Source: Glaucostegus cemiculus
Taxonomy: Eukaryota
Length of the DNA stretch: 64,000 bases
Assembly (NCBI GenBank): GCA_976551045.1
Contig: CDPCPM010000020.1
Span: forward strand, 2,852,001-2,916,000
Direction: 5' to 3'
Shown here piece after piece: positions 13,591 through 26,410 of the stretch. Below the pieces are notes generated by a model. The model searched no databases. It was given only the letters and a program-made list of their open reading frames with translations, and was not told the DNA's origin. The position numbers were made by a program, and so were the translations under genes. The first letter of the stretch is position 1. The number at the start of each line of letters is the position of its first letter.

Positions 13591-13703
13591 CAGAAGCTCA
13601 TCCATGCTCGTATTGCATTTCTCCAGATTTATTCTCTTTATTGCAACCCGCTCCTTCTTAGGTTTGCAGAAGGCTGCCTGTACCACGGCAGTGGCTCCAC
13701 TGC
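13591..13703 (-). CDS. STK39: STK39-like kinase exon 2 ([38 protein letters not shown])
   Basis: Acceptor cttttcttgctacAG, donor GTGAGT; 113 nt; glycine-rich loop and VAIK lysine. Confidence 0.97.
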
Positions 13704-14599
13704 CTGTAGCAAGAAAAGAGAAACTCACAAATAGCAATCATAAGAGGAAAAGCACAAAACAGCAAACCACTCTCGCCTTTTTCAATGAAATGGCTGCAAA
13801 ACTCCTTCCAAGTCAATTGCAGAGACTTTTCCAACTCAAGTGTCAAGTCTGAGCCAGTTGTTTACTGTTAGGGCTGACGCATGCTCAGCACTCTCACCCC
13901 AGAGGTGAGCTTCAAGACAGGTTTCTGAGTACTTAAAAGTTCCAACATTCCATTGGTTGCAAGGTAATCAACACAGCAATTTAAGTCACACAAATTAAAA
14001 TTATAAAGTGGAGATACCACTCTTGCTCTCTTTCTCTCCCACACACACTCACATGTTTTTTGAACAGATATTATGTAGCAAAACCCAGGTTCAACTGTTC
14101 AGATGTATTCAGCTCCCAAGCAGGGACAGCAGCAGGGAAAGCAGGAGAATGGAGAAATGACCACTTTCTACTGCTCCCTCGAGCAGCTGGTTCTATAGTT
14201 ATTGCTGATAGATTAAGTGGTTATTCTGTCTTCAGTCCATGCTGGGTAGTGAGGAAGCTGGGACCAACTCCCTGATTATCCAGCATCCAAATGGTTCTTC
14301 AAGTACACAATTAAAGTCAAGGTAATGAAACCCATGCCCAGAACTCCTGCGGCATTAGCTGTTTTTAGAGCATCACACTGCCCCCAACTCTCCAGGAGAG
14401 ATTCCTTTATTTCCATTTGGCTAATTTACCCCAGAACCCCTCCCTAACCCTTAATTTAAATTGATAACAATTACAACAGCACTCATTACCCCCTCTAAAA
14501 CAACCCAATTCTAACATCAGTATTATCGTTGCCTGGTCATTTTCAGCGAGCTTCATTGTCTCGGCATCTACTTCTGTCAAACTTGTTGCCTGTGCCAGA

Positions 14600-14900
14600 A
14601 GGTGTGGATTTAAATGCCACTCTGGAGCCTTGCTGGAGGGGTGCTGTGCTATCAGAGGTCCACCTTTGGATCATGTAGAAGATACCATGCCGCTATTTGA
14701 ACAGGAGCAGAGGGCATGCTCCCTGGTGACCTGGCCAATGTCCATTCCTCAATGAAGGTCACTAAAACAGATGATCTGGCCATTGTTACAGGGAAAATGT
14801 CAACCAATTTTTGCATATGTAACAGTGACTACACTTTAAAAATGTAAAGCACGTTTTGAGACTGTAAAATAACATATTGGGATGTTTTGAGACCGTAAAA
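14600..14900 (+). mobile_element. Degenerate Deu-domain SINE
   Basis: Similar to copies at 3410-4085 and 36830-37170. Confidence 0.55.
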
Positions 14901-16499
14901 TATATTGGGTTTTTTTTAAACAAGGATTGTCTACTATTTTGGAATACTGAATTGTCTGGAAATTATTTGCCCATCCCTGGGCTACAGTTTTACAGACAAT
15001 GGCCTCTCCCTGGTACCTCACGTAACTGTCTGTTCTTTACAAGGCTGGACAGTGATGTCCACAAGCTATTCCACTATGGCTGGTATCACAGCTAATCCAT
15101 GGACAGTATTATTCCTGATCCTACCCTCATTACATCCATGTTTCTCCCAGTGGAATGGTCAGCAAGAGCAAGAACCCAAGCTAATCCTTTCCACCTTGTA
15201 AGCCCAGGTGCAGCACAGATAAGTTGTCTACTTTCAGAGCAACCCTAGTCCAACTCAGCACGGATCAGCAATTCACCCTGGGACCTTCCTGACTGAGCTG
15301 CACATTAGATGGTTTCTTGCTGGGGTGTGGGGGGAGGGAGAGAAGCCATCAAATAAGATTTCAAAACTTAAAAACTGCCCAACATGAAAGAATAACACAC
15401 ATACAATAGGCACAAAAGCAATGCCGAGTTATATCTTCCATCTTTATGGTAACAGAGACAAGAAGTCATTAGGATGATCTGACTCTGGTTAAGTAATGGT
15501 TTAATGTTCAGCATTAACAGACCAATTAGTAAATGGAAGACATTAATGAACATGATGGCTGGGGCCTGCCGAGCCCTGATTAACACCACTGCCTGAACAA
15601 GAATAAGCTGATCTCCCTCAGCGTCGCCCTAAGGCACAAGAGCGATATTTGTCTTGTTGAAGTGGAGCAATAGTCAACAAGGCTGCTACTCCAGCATTTC
15701 CACCACTCCCTCCCCCAATCTAAACAAAACATCCCAAGGCTAATTGTTGTGGGGAGGTCTAAATTCTGACACCTGTTAATTAATTGGCACCTTATCCCCT
15801 TGGGATGAGGTAAGGTTAGCAGTCAGGAAAATAGGCAAATAGAAGTGCTTTTCTTCCTCTTTTTTACTTAAAGATTGTTTTACATCTTCTAGAGTGTGTA
15901 GTCCATGGATCAGAGTTGTGTACTAGCCAAGGGTAAGCTCCCAGCTTTACGCTCTGCATGAAGAGCATAGGTCTAATATGCTGTAAGTGACCAGAAGATC
16001 ATTCTTCACTGGTGAATGTATGTTATTACCTCTCGTTGGTAGCACACAGTCAGAAAAGCATGACTCTTTTCATATATATCTTGATTATTGTAGACTAAAA
16101 CATGCAACTCAGCTTTGCATTCTTCCTTCACTCTTACACTCTGGACTGACATATTTAGTACAAAGTGACAAAGCGCAACTATCAAAAGGTTTTCAGACAT
16201 CCTGGGACTCTGAAGGGCCACTCACCATAACCCCATCTTTCAGTAATCACCACTCACAATTATGGTATTCTTCTATGACATTGTATACAAATATAAAATA
16301 AATTCTACATTTATTTCATTTTTGATTCATTGCTAACACAGTTTTTACAACTTAAAGGTTAGTTAGCTCCCTGGCAACCAACCCTTTTTTATTCAAACAT
16401 ATACATAAACAGGGCATGGACAAATCAGTACAGCTGTCATCTCTTTCAGTGCCTGTGAGATGAACACATCTGGCACACCACTGAGGTGCTCACCTATTA

Positions 16500-17400
16500 A
16501 CAGATGACATCATCAAATCATACCACCAGCTTTTCAACCAACTCCCATCCTCGACAGTCTTCACCACCTTCACTTCTAAAGATCCACCTCCTTCAAAGCC
16601 CTCCCACCCAACTGGCGCTCTTTTCCGTCCTGATCACTGACACTATTAACTGCCTCTCTTATTATCCTCATCACTATTCCCTATGTACGGGTGCCATTCT
16701 CTTTCCTTTAACATTGCTGTCCTTGCCCATTCAGTAATAAGCTTAACCCCCCCCCCCCACCAATCCCTCTGACTACTGCCCCATGTCTACTCTCCCCGTC
16801 CTCGGAGGTCTTTGAAGACAGTGTTACGACCCATTTTCCACATATCCACTTTTTGCCTTTCACATAGCAATATACCTTCCTTGGTCAATATCACCAAGAT
16901 CCCATATGTGTGACTAGGATCTTTCATTCTTCATTAAATTTTTGACCTCACCATGAAGTTTAACACAGTTGAATACTCCATCCTTCTCCCTTGCCTTTCC
17001 TTTATCCCTCATTCCTCTCCCAATATGTCTGACACATTCCCAGCAGTGGCTTCTCCTGCAGTTCTCATTTCCAAACGCACCTCAAAGTGTCCTCGTTTAG
17101 ATGTGTGCGTTGATGCTACCTTTCCTCTGTAACTCTCAACTCCATGATCATCTCCGTGCAAGATTGCTTCTAAGAACTTCATCCAAGTAAGCATTATGAA
17201 GACTGAAAATGTCTGATTTAGCTCCAGTCAAAAGATCTATACCATAGTCTCAATTCCATTCCCCTTCCAGCTGCTTGTTCAGACCAAATTAATTTCAACT
17301 CTGGTGCCTTGTTTTGACCATGAGCAAAGTTTCAAACCCCACATCCTATCCATCACCAAGACTGCTCCTACACTGTGCAACATTCCATGTGTTATGTTTA
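16500..17400 (+). mobile_element. Degenerate L2-type LINE RT remnant
   Basis: C-rich strand with actactgccccatgtctac..., aagactgaa..., tccatcaccaagactgc motifs typical of L2. Confidence 0.45.
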
Positions 17401-19303
17401 TGACCTTTCTCTGACTGCATTATATAATCAGGATTGTTTACCTTGCAAATGGGTTGTCAACAAGATCCAAGAGATAGTCCCTATATCTGATATTCTGAGC
17501 TTGTGCTCCAAACACATTGCATAATGCCTAGAACACAGGTATAATGTTCACTATCCACGTCCATCATCATACAGTTTTGTCAAAAACAACTAATACCAAT
17601 GCAGCAGATAATTTTTTTAAAAATCCTCAGTAAATGCCCATTCTAATGTATCATCTTGACAGAGCTATCTTTAGAAATGGAGTGTTGAGTTGAGTAGCTA
17701 GTTAGTAGCATGTCTTATGAGTGAATTGACAAGATGCAATGAAGTAACTGAGACAGAACTGGATAGAAGGCTAATGCTCATAGTGGTCATGCATCATAGA
17801 ATCTGAATGAACTGCTGGTTAGTTTTGAACTGAAGAGAAAACATTGAGGCTCCTTTACAAAGTGTGAAGTGTTTAGTTACACATCACTGCAGGCGGTTCT
17901 TCCATAGCTAACTCTCCATCAGCACTTTTGCCTCAGAGCACCCCTGTCATTTAAGAGGAAGGGGGAAGTCAATAAGGAGAACCTTCACCCAACGGCAAAA
18001 TCACAGCCAAGAGAGTGCATCACACCTTTTCGAGGATCCTCCACAGGGCCACCTCAGGAAACAGCTAAGTCATTGGTCTGTCCATCTGAAACACATAAAG
18101 GGACACTTTAGCCACAATGCACAGTAGACTGCCCTCAAAAGCCTTTTTCAACACCTTGACCACACAAGATGTAGACTTGGGGCAATGGCAATATTCTACC
18201 ATGTGCAGGGAAACGTGAATGCCTTGCATCACGTAGTGCATGGAAGTAAGCTTAACCAAGCTGACTTGTTGGACAGTTTGCTCACCCTTGGTAATAAACA
18301 GCCAATGATCCTCCTCTATACAGCTCACTGAAGTACTGTCTGAAGCCCAGTCTGGTGGCATTTGAGGGCAGCCATGAATGCCAGTGGGCCTCACATGCTA
18401 CTTCCTTCTGTGCAAAATTGTTCTGTAGTGATGCAACCTGGTCAAACTCTTCAGAGAACTCATCAACTTTTTATCCCCATTTTATAATTAAATAGTGTCA
18501 ATAACAATGGATTTACTTCCATCATTACATATGAGAAAGATTATTTATTTACCTTTGTAAACTTCAACGATTTAACGAAGTGTTATTTTTCTCACATCCA
18601 AGTCCACTGGCTTTGTTCCCCTTCAGTCCAGCAAATCCATTGTCAGATCGAACCATGGTGCGAAGTGGCCCTTATTCAGCCCACTGCAGCAGGGGCCTCC
18701 CTCCCAAGGCAAAGGCAGTACAGTTCTTCTGACCATGTCTCAGATGCATCTCTTTCTCAGTCTGTTTGCTTTCAACCAACATCCATCTGTGGGTTCTGCT
18801 TGCCAGTCGCCTGCAGCCTCTTCATTGTTTCAAGTATCATTTGTGAGGTGACAAATGAGTCAAGTGGAAAACAGTACCTGCTGCTGCTGTTGGATCTTGA
18901 CCTGTCTTTAAAAAGGGAGGGAAGGGCACAGAATCCCTCCACTTACCCACCATAGGAAGGGAGATCTGTAAGTCATCAACCTTGGTGTTTACCTGTGAAG
19001 GGGAGGTCCAAGCAATGTTCCAAGGTAAACCACCACATTTCAGTGGTCCCTTGTTGCTGCCGCATTAGTGCTGAAATAATCAGTTGACTGAAATATGGCA
19101 CTTACTTCTTGGCAATACAGACCACCAGAATAACCAGGGCAGTTCCCCACCAGCCACACTCAAGATCTCCACAATCAAGTGGGTTCTAGTTCCTGATTTG
19201 TATGTAACCCTAAACTTCAAAATACATTTAGTTGAGAATTCAGAGTCTCACATCACCCGTCCTCCACCCTCCCTGCATCTTAGTGAACTTCTTCTCTCCT
19301 TCC

Positions 19304-19340
19304 CATTCTGAAGAAAGGTCTTGACCTGAAACGTTAACTC
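19304..19340 (+). ncRNA. Minimal hammerhead-ribozyme-like motif in a Penelope-type terminal repeat
   Basis: CTGAAGA-a-aggtc/tt/gacct-GAA-ACGT-T; best-preserved core in the window; activity untested. Confidence 0.45.
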
Positions 19341-19509
19341 TTTTTCCTTTTCCCACAGATGCTACCTGACCTATTGAATATTTCCAAAATTTTCTGGGTT
19401 TTTTTGATTTTCAGGCTCTGAATTTGTTGATCACCAGAGAGTATTTGGTCTCCGATTACTATATTCAAACCTTTAATCATAGACTCTTATAGTCATGGAA
19501 ATAATACAG

Positions 19510-20180
19510 CCAGTGCTGGACCAACCATGTAGACGCCACAGCCAAGAAAGCTCACCAGCACCTCTACTTCCTCAGAAGACTAAAGAAGTTTGGCACGTTC
19601 CCCTTTGACATTCACCAACTTTTATCGGTGCACCGTAGAAAGCATCCTATCTGGATACATCATGGCTTGGTATGGCAACTGCTTTGCCAAGACTGCAAGA
19701 AGTTGCAGCGATTTGTGGACACAGCTCAGCATTTCACAGAAACCAGCCTCCCCTCCGTGGACTCTGTCTATACTTCTTGCTGCCTCAGTAAAGCAGCCAG
19801 CATAATCAAAGATCCCACCCAGCCTGGGCATTCTCTCTTCTCCCTCCTCCCATCAGGCAGAAGATACAAAAGCCTGAAAGCACATACCACCAGGCTCAAG
19901 GACAGCTTCTATCCCAGTGTTATAAGACTATCGAACGGTTCCCTAGTACGATAAGATGGACTCTTGACCTCACAATCTACCTCGTTATGAGCTTGCACCT
20001 TACTGTCTACCTGCACTGCACTTTCTCTGTAGCTGTGACACTTCACTCTGCATTCTGTATTGTTTTAACTTGTACTATCTCAATGCACTGTGTTAAATGA
20101 ATTGATCTGTAAGAACAGTATGCAAGACAAGTTTTTCCACTGTACCTTGGTACAAGTGACAATAATAAACCAATTTCAAT
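19510..20180 (+). mobile_element. Rex-Babar LINE 3' fragment nested in a CR1 tail
   Basis: LYFLRRLKKF...TNFYRCTVESILSGYIMAWYGNC and LLPSGRRYKSLKAHTTRLKDSFYP peptides; tail gtgacaataataaacc. Confidence 0.85.
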
Positions 20181-20625
20181 ACAGGACCTTTGGCCCAACT
20201 TGTCCATACCAACCAAGATGCCCTTCTAAGCTAGTCCCATTTGCCTGCATTTGGCCCATATTCCTCTAAACCTTTTCTATCCATGTACTTTTCCAAGTGT
20301 TTTTAAATATTATTATTGTACCTACCTCAACCACTTCCTCTGGCAGCTTGTTCCATATACACCACCACCTTCTACGTTGAAGTGGATGCCCTTCAGGTCC
20401 CTTTTTAAATCCTTCCTCTCTCACCTTAAACCTATGTCCTCTATTTCTTGATTTCCTTTCCCTGGGAAAAAGACTGTGTGAATTAACTCTATCTATGCCA
20501 CTCATGATTTTATACCCCTCTATAAGATCACCCATTCACTCCATGGAAAAAAAGTCCTACCCTGCCCAACAACTCAGGCCCTCAAGTCCTGGCAACATTC
20601 TCATAAATCTTCTTTGCACTCTCAT
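20180..20625 (-). mobile_element. CR1 LINE 3' fragment (terminal part displaced to about 19475-19510)
   Basis: GDLIEGYKIMSGIDRVNSHSLFPR...RGHRFKV peptide. Confidence 0.8.
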
Positions 20626-21879
20626 GTACATGTCACGTACAGTTAGTTCATGGAGAACAAAGCTCAGCTCATCATGTGCACACATGCTCACAGATTGGTT
20701 GCCACTCCAGACAAGCTTTTTTTTTTTAACCTTTTTGCAACTACTTCCAACCCCCTTAATCATTAGCTATTTTCCCTCTGCACTTCTGAACATCAGTACC
20801 TCTTTTCATGACCTTCCTCTATCAGTACTTCAACCTTTGTTACTCACACATCATCTCTTTGCCCATGCCTCAAACGTGCCGATCTCCAGGACTTTATCCA
20901 ATGTGCCTATCCAAGTATTATCCACCATAGCCATCATGATACTTGCCTGCTGGGTTCTTCACATTCACTGTTTGGGAAAGGAGCACAAATCTGCATTGAA
21001 AGGTGGCCATTCAGCCCTTCAAGCCCACCCACTCCACAATTCCAGCACAGCCACTTCTATCACAGATTCTTCCACTCCACAGATCTCTCTTCCAAACCAA
21101 CCCACCTCCTTACCAACCCATCTTGTGAATAAAATAGATGAACTAACATCTCCACAACTCTCAATTCTATTCCCAAAGGACAATGATTGAGTATTTTTTT
21201 AAAAAAAGGTGAATTAATGTAGAATTTACTTTTATGTTCCACTCTGCCGCTAAAGGAACAGGGAATTTGGAAGAGAGTGAGCAGAAAGGAGCCTGACCTT
21301 TGGGGACTATGTTATGAAGTCAAACCAAGGCAACTGAACAAATGTTCTCTAGAGGAGCAAATCATCTTTAGAATAACAAGGGTACAGATTGAGGTAAAAA
21401 TTAAGGAGGGTTGTTTGCCTGCACAGTATATATAGACACAGCTGCAGAAAAAAATGCTCTCAATATCTGTCCGTTAAACTTTCATTTCTAGCCACTAGTG
21501 CTTTTTGGCAGTTTTGAGTCCACTCTATCATGTAACATTTTATATACGTTCATGATTGCTCCTACACCAGCAAATTGCCTTGCCTCCAGTTTGGTGAGAC
21601 GGTGTTACTCTTCCTTTGTTTTTCACTTGGGATCAGTCTTGCTACTCTTCTCTGCATTTCTTCCATTGAAGGTTTTTATAGCGTGCCAACTAAACAAACT
21701 GAATGACCTGGAATTACATGGAAACTATGTGCAGGTAGAATCATAGAATTGTTTCAGCGCAGAAGCAGTCCATTTGACCCACCTTTGTAGAGCAATCTAA
21801 TCCTATTTCCACTTTCTCCTTTATTTAAATGAAATATAGAAGAGATAGTCTTTCCACCTTACCACAAAACTCTAGATTC

Positions 21880-22450
21880 GGCTCCTGCCTCAGCACTATC
21901 TGAGCATTGATATCAGATGTACATTACTGGTAGGACCACAGCTCGAGTACTGCATACGGCTGTAATCACCATGTTTCAGGAAAGGTGTAACCACACTGGA
22001 CAGGACACAGAGGTTTTAAAAAAATGTCGCCAGAACTGGAAAGTTGTAGCTATAAGATTGGATAGGTCAGGGTTGTTTTCTTCGGAACAGAGGTGGCTCA
22101 GAGGAGACTTAGTGGAGATGTATGAACTTACAAGATCCCTAGATAAATAGGAAGCACCTATTTTGCTTGGCAGCAATATCAAAAACTAGGGGCACAGATT
22201 TAATGTAATTGGTAGGATTAGTGAGACATGAAAAATTCTTTTACATCTGGAAGATGGAGGGGAACACACTGCCTGAAAAGATGGTAGAGGTAGAAACCAG
22301 CATTGCATTTATGAAATACTTGGATGTGTACTGAAGAGCTGCGACCTACAGGGCAATTGACCTACAGCTGGAAGGTGGGATTAAGCGGAGTAGTTTTTTT
22401 TCAACCAGAATGGACACAATGGACCAAATGCCTCCTTCTGCGTCATAAAT
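21880..22450 (+). mobile_element. CR1 LINE 3' fragment
   Basis: LDRSGLFSSEQRWLRGDLVEMY peptide plus 3' UTR. Confidence 0.75.
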
Positions 22451-23929
22451 TTCCTAACTTATTAGCAGCAGTTATAAGGAAAACTATGGATGTTCTATTT
22501 GTCTCTAATGTTGCAAAGGACAGGTCTGGCTTTGTAAATATTGTAAGCAAATGTAATGATGTGCTTGGTAGTGAATGAAGACAAAGCAATGCACCATGTT
22601 TTATAACACGATATTTAAAGAAGAATAAAGTATTTTTTTGGAAAAAAGATTGGGATTCTTGGAATGCAACTAGTCCTGGACCTATGCTCAGGAGATCTTT
22701 GTTCCTTGTATCCCATTGCCATTTCCTTCTTCCTTGCACCATTAGTTCTTTTGTCATTTGATCTCCCCAGCCTTCCTACCTTTCCTCACCTCCCTTCTCT
22801 TAACTAAAAAATCTTGTCTTTCTCTCTAACTAATCAGGTCCTGATAAAAGATCATTAATTTGAAACTCTTGCTTTCCTCCCCATAGATGCTATCTGAGCT
22901 GAGTATTCCCACAACTTTGTTTTTATTTGTTTCCAGCATCATCAGCAGCAATTTGGCTTTGTACTACCTAACATTGTAGATCCCCATGCTATTGTCCACA
23001 TGATAAAACCCCTATGCATTCCATAGGCAAACAACTTGACAGCATTCACTGCCTTGGCTCGTGTGAGAAAGCAATAAGATTATGAAGAGATGCCAGCACC
23101 CAGTGTACTGAATGCTCCAGCATGAGTCAGCACCTTGAGAGAGGAACAAAAGTGTTGAAAAACCTCTCTTAATGTTGTATAAACATTGTTGTAATAGAGG
23201 ATAATTATAGGTCCAAGGCAGACTCTTGTAATTGTGCTTCCTCCTGGATAGGGACCACACCACAGATTCTCGGTTATCTGTTTTGTTTAGTCACTGTTCG
23301 TGATGGCCCAGTGCTCAGCTGTGAACAAAGATGCTTCCTATCATTTTCACTTCATGTGGTCCTGTTTAGAATCTTGGCAGCACATCCGAAGAGCTGCATA
23401 GTTACAACCAGCCACTGCTCAGAGTTGCTAGGCTGCTCCTTACAGTTGTACATAATAAAGGGCTCTTGGAATCTTCTTCCTCTCTTAAAAAATTTGAAGA
23501 CATGAACTGTTCTGATGAAAGGTCATCAATGCAAAACGTTAACAGTTTTTCTCTCCCTACAGACACTTCCCAACCTACAAAGCATTTCCCATTTGTATTA
23601 TTTTGATACATGCTGTGCAAACTAATAACCTGAACCATCAAGTCTCTACAAATGCTGCCTGACCTGCCAAGTCCTTTTTCCTTTCTCCATTTCATACGGC
23701 AAAGGCCATTCGGCCCATCATGGCTATGCCAGTTCTCGGAGCAATTTCCATTTTCCTGAACTTATTTCCGTATTTCCTAATGACATAGAAGAAAGCCACT
23801 TCAACCGATCGAGTATATGTTGGTTGTCACAGGGAGAACGTGCAAACTCCACACACAAACACAGCACCTAAGATCAGGATCTCTGAAGCTGTGAGGCAGG
23901 GTTAATGGGGATTTTTTTAAAAACATATT

Positions 23930-24345
23930 TCGCCGAGGCAGCGCCTGCCTGTCCCCCAGAATTTAATGGGGTACTTCTCGACCCTTTACCATGACCGAGC
24001 TCGATGGCAGATCTCAGGGGCAGAGGCTGAGAAAAGGCCGGCTTTTCAGGCCTGAGGAAGCGCCCAGACCTCTGCTCAGCTCCTTCAGTTTGGTGAAGGG
24101 AGGCAACTCCCTTAACAATATTGGGTGCAAAAATACCAATACAAACTCAAGCAGCATAAAACAACATTCGCGTGAGCACCATCCACCTGCGACCAGAGCG
24201 AGCAGCTCCCTCACCCACGAAGGCGCCCACCGGACCACGTGGCCGCAATCCCGCCTCTCCGAGCGAAGGACCCATGCTCCGTGGCAGCGTCGCCGCAGCC
24301 AGCTTCAAACCCCATCCCCGCAAAACTAAGATAAAAATCCCGCAT
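23930..24345 (-). promoter_or_regulatory. Intronic CpG-rich island in kinase intron 1; candidate alternative promoter / first exon
   Basis: Local CpG cluster not resembling the repeats seen elsewhere; minus-strand donor ATG|GTAAAG at 23990/23989. Confidence 0.45.
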
Positions 24346-25029
24346 CTCTTGCACAATATTCACTAAAAATGGACAGACATTTATGTAGATCAACCATGAG
24401 TGGAAAATAAATACATAGGAAAGACAAGTGCTGGTTACTTTTGACTCCATTGTTAAGTAGTTACGCACTACTTCCCCCACTAAACAGTTCCCAGATATGA
24501 GGTTAGAGAGGGAGACTGCAAATCTAACAATTCATGGGATGCAAGCAGAAAGTACTTCAAATGCACAGTGGGTCACTTTGCACCTGAAATGCATGAAGAC
24601 AATGGTGAATTTCATTACTGATGTCTGCCTTCATGGAGAAGAAATGGCAATGTTTTCCAGGTTTTGTTATGAACCTTTATTGTTGGAGGGCAGTGCAGGG
24701 GCACATTAGCAGAGGACCTTTGTTTTGAGATCATTACTTGTAAAGCCTATTCTCCCATAAGCTTCAGCGAGTGAGTTGATGATGACTTAAATGACCTACA
24801 GCAGGCATCCCAAGCAAGGCACTGGAGCGATACCACCAACATTGTCTCTGCTAAATCCTCTAGAAGGTTCAGTGCATCAGTGTCAGCATCCTCTCTGAAG
24901 CCAACATCCTCAACATGGAGGCCCTAATTATTCTCGCTTGGCTCCCTTGGGCATGCAATGTTTGCATGCCTGACACCTGAATCCTGCAGCAGACTCCATT
25001 CCAAGTTGTTATGGGTGGCGATTACCAGG

Positions 25030-25310
25030 TAGAAAGAGGAAATGATTCAAGGATATGCTCAAAACCTCCTTGATAAAGTGGAACTTTCCAACTGACTCCT
25101 GGGAATCCTTAACCCATGAGTGTCCAAAGTGCAGAAGGAGCATTCAGGAGGGTATCGAGAACCCTGTATTGGGAAGTCCAGTGTAAGCAGCGCACCACCT
25201 CACAAACAGTCTGCAGGTCACACGTTGACCTCAGCAGTCATCTCAGAACTGGAGTGGAAGCAACTTAACCTCAATCATGAGGGGCCACCTTCCAAGAAGA
25301 TGATGTGATT
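25030..25310 (+). mobile_element. RTE-type LINE 3' fragment
   Basis: Similar to 54620-55000. Confidence 0.55.
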
Positions 25311-25939
25311 GATGGTTATATTAATCAAATGGCCCAAGATCAGTGATTTCATTAGCAAGGGCTATGGGGTAATCAGAATCATATTTATTATCACCGACTT
25401 AAATGACATGGTTTGTTATTTTGCAGTAGCAGTACAGTGCAAAGATATAAAATTACTATAAAGTACAAAATAAACAGTGCAAAAAAAAAAGGAACAAGAA
25501 GGCAATGTTCATGGGTTCAGAAATCTGATGGCGGAGGGGAAGAAGCCATTCCTAAATCGTTGAGTAAAACATCTGGTGTACACGCAAGGGTGGGAAGACT
25601 GGTTGCAAATGTCTTTTAAAATAAGCTCTGTGTAGGCTTGTACATCACAGTAGCTGTGAACTTTGATGTCTAAGTACATGCCTCGGTGACAGAAGAAAAG
25701 GCTGTAATTTTACAATAGACATGTTTGAATTCAGTACAGTGAAGGTACATTGCTCCTGTTTTCCTGCAAAGACTTTTTTTAAAATCAACTATTTCTTGCA
25801 TTTGTCAGCTGTTTATTTTACAGTACTTTTCTGTAAGACTACATATAGAGAAAACAAAATACAGAAGCAATGAAAGTCTTTCTTGATTTTATTTCTCTGC
25901 ACAATCACTCAAGGGCAGGCAAGGTTTTACCACACATAG

Positions 25940-26410
25940 GGACAGGAGCCCCTCAAGCCTGTTCAGCCATTCATTTAGATGATGGCTGATCTGTGACCTA
26001 ACTCCATATGTGCACCCTTTACACCATGTCCCTTAGTATTTTTGATTAACAGATATTCATCAGTCTTAGATTCAAGATTAACAATTGACTTGGCATCAGC
26101 CGCCATTTGCAGGAGGGAGTTACAAATTTATCCCACCTTCTGTGTGACAAAATGTTTCCAAACTTTACTCCCAAAACTCTATCCCGTAGTCCCAGACTTC
26201 CCAACCAATAGAAATAGTCTCTCTTTCTCTGGTTTTGCTTAATATCTTGAAAACTTCATTTAAGTGACCCTTATCAACACTCTTTTGTGTAATCTTTGCT
26301 CGTAATTTAACCCTGAGAATCCAGGTATCACTCTGGTAAATCTATCCTTCACAATAAGTAGTACTATTCACAATACTCCAGTTGTGCTATAACCAGGGCT
26401 ATGTATAGAT
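25940..26410 (-). mobile_element. Degenerate CR1 3' fragment
   Basis: cccctcaagcctgttcagccattcatttagatgatggctgatctg terminal motif. Confidence 0.65.

Noticed and set aside
13451-13852. 133-aa plus-strand ORF
   Set aside because: Antisense shadow of kinase exon 2.
18552-18830. Minus-strand AAG|GTAAAT donor as an alternative coding exon of the kinase
   Set aside because: In-frame TAA a few codons upstream; no other support.
20495-21190. Longest ORF in the track (231 aa)
   Set aside because: Starts in antisense CR1, runs through low-complexity sequence, and has no recognisable domain or splice support.
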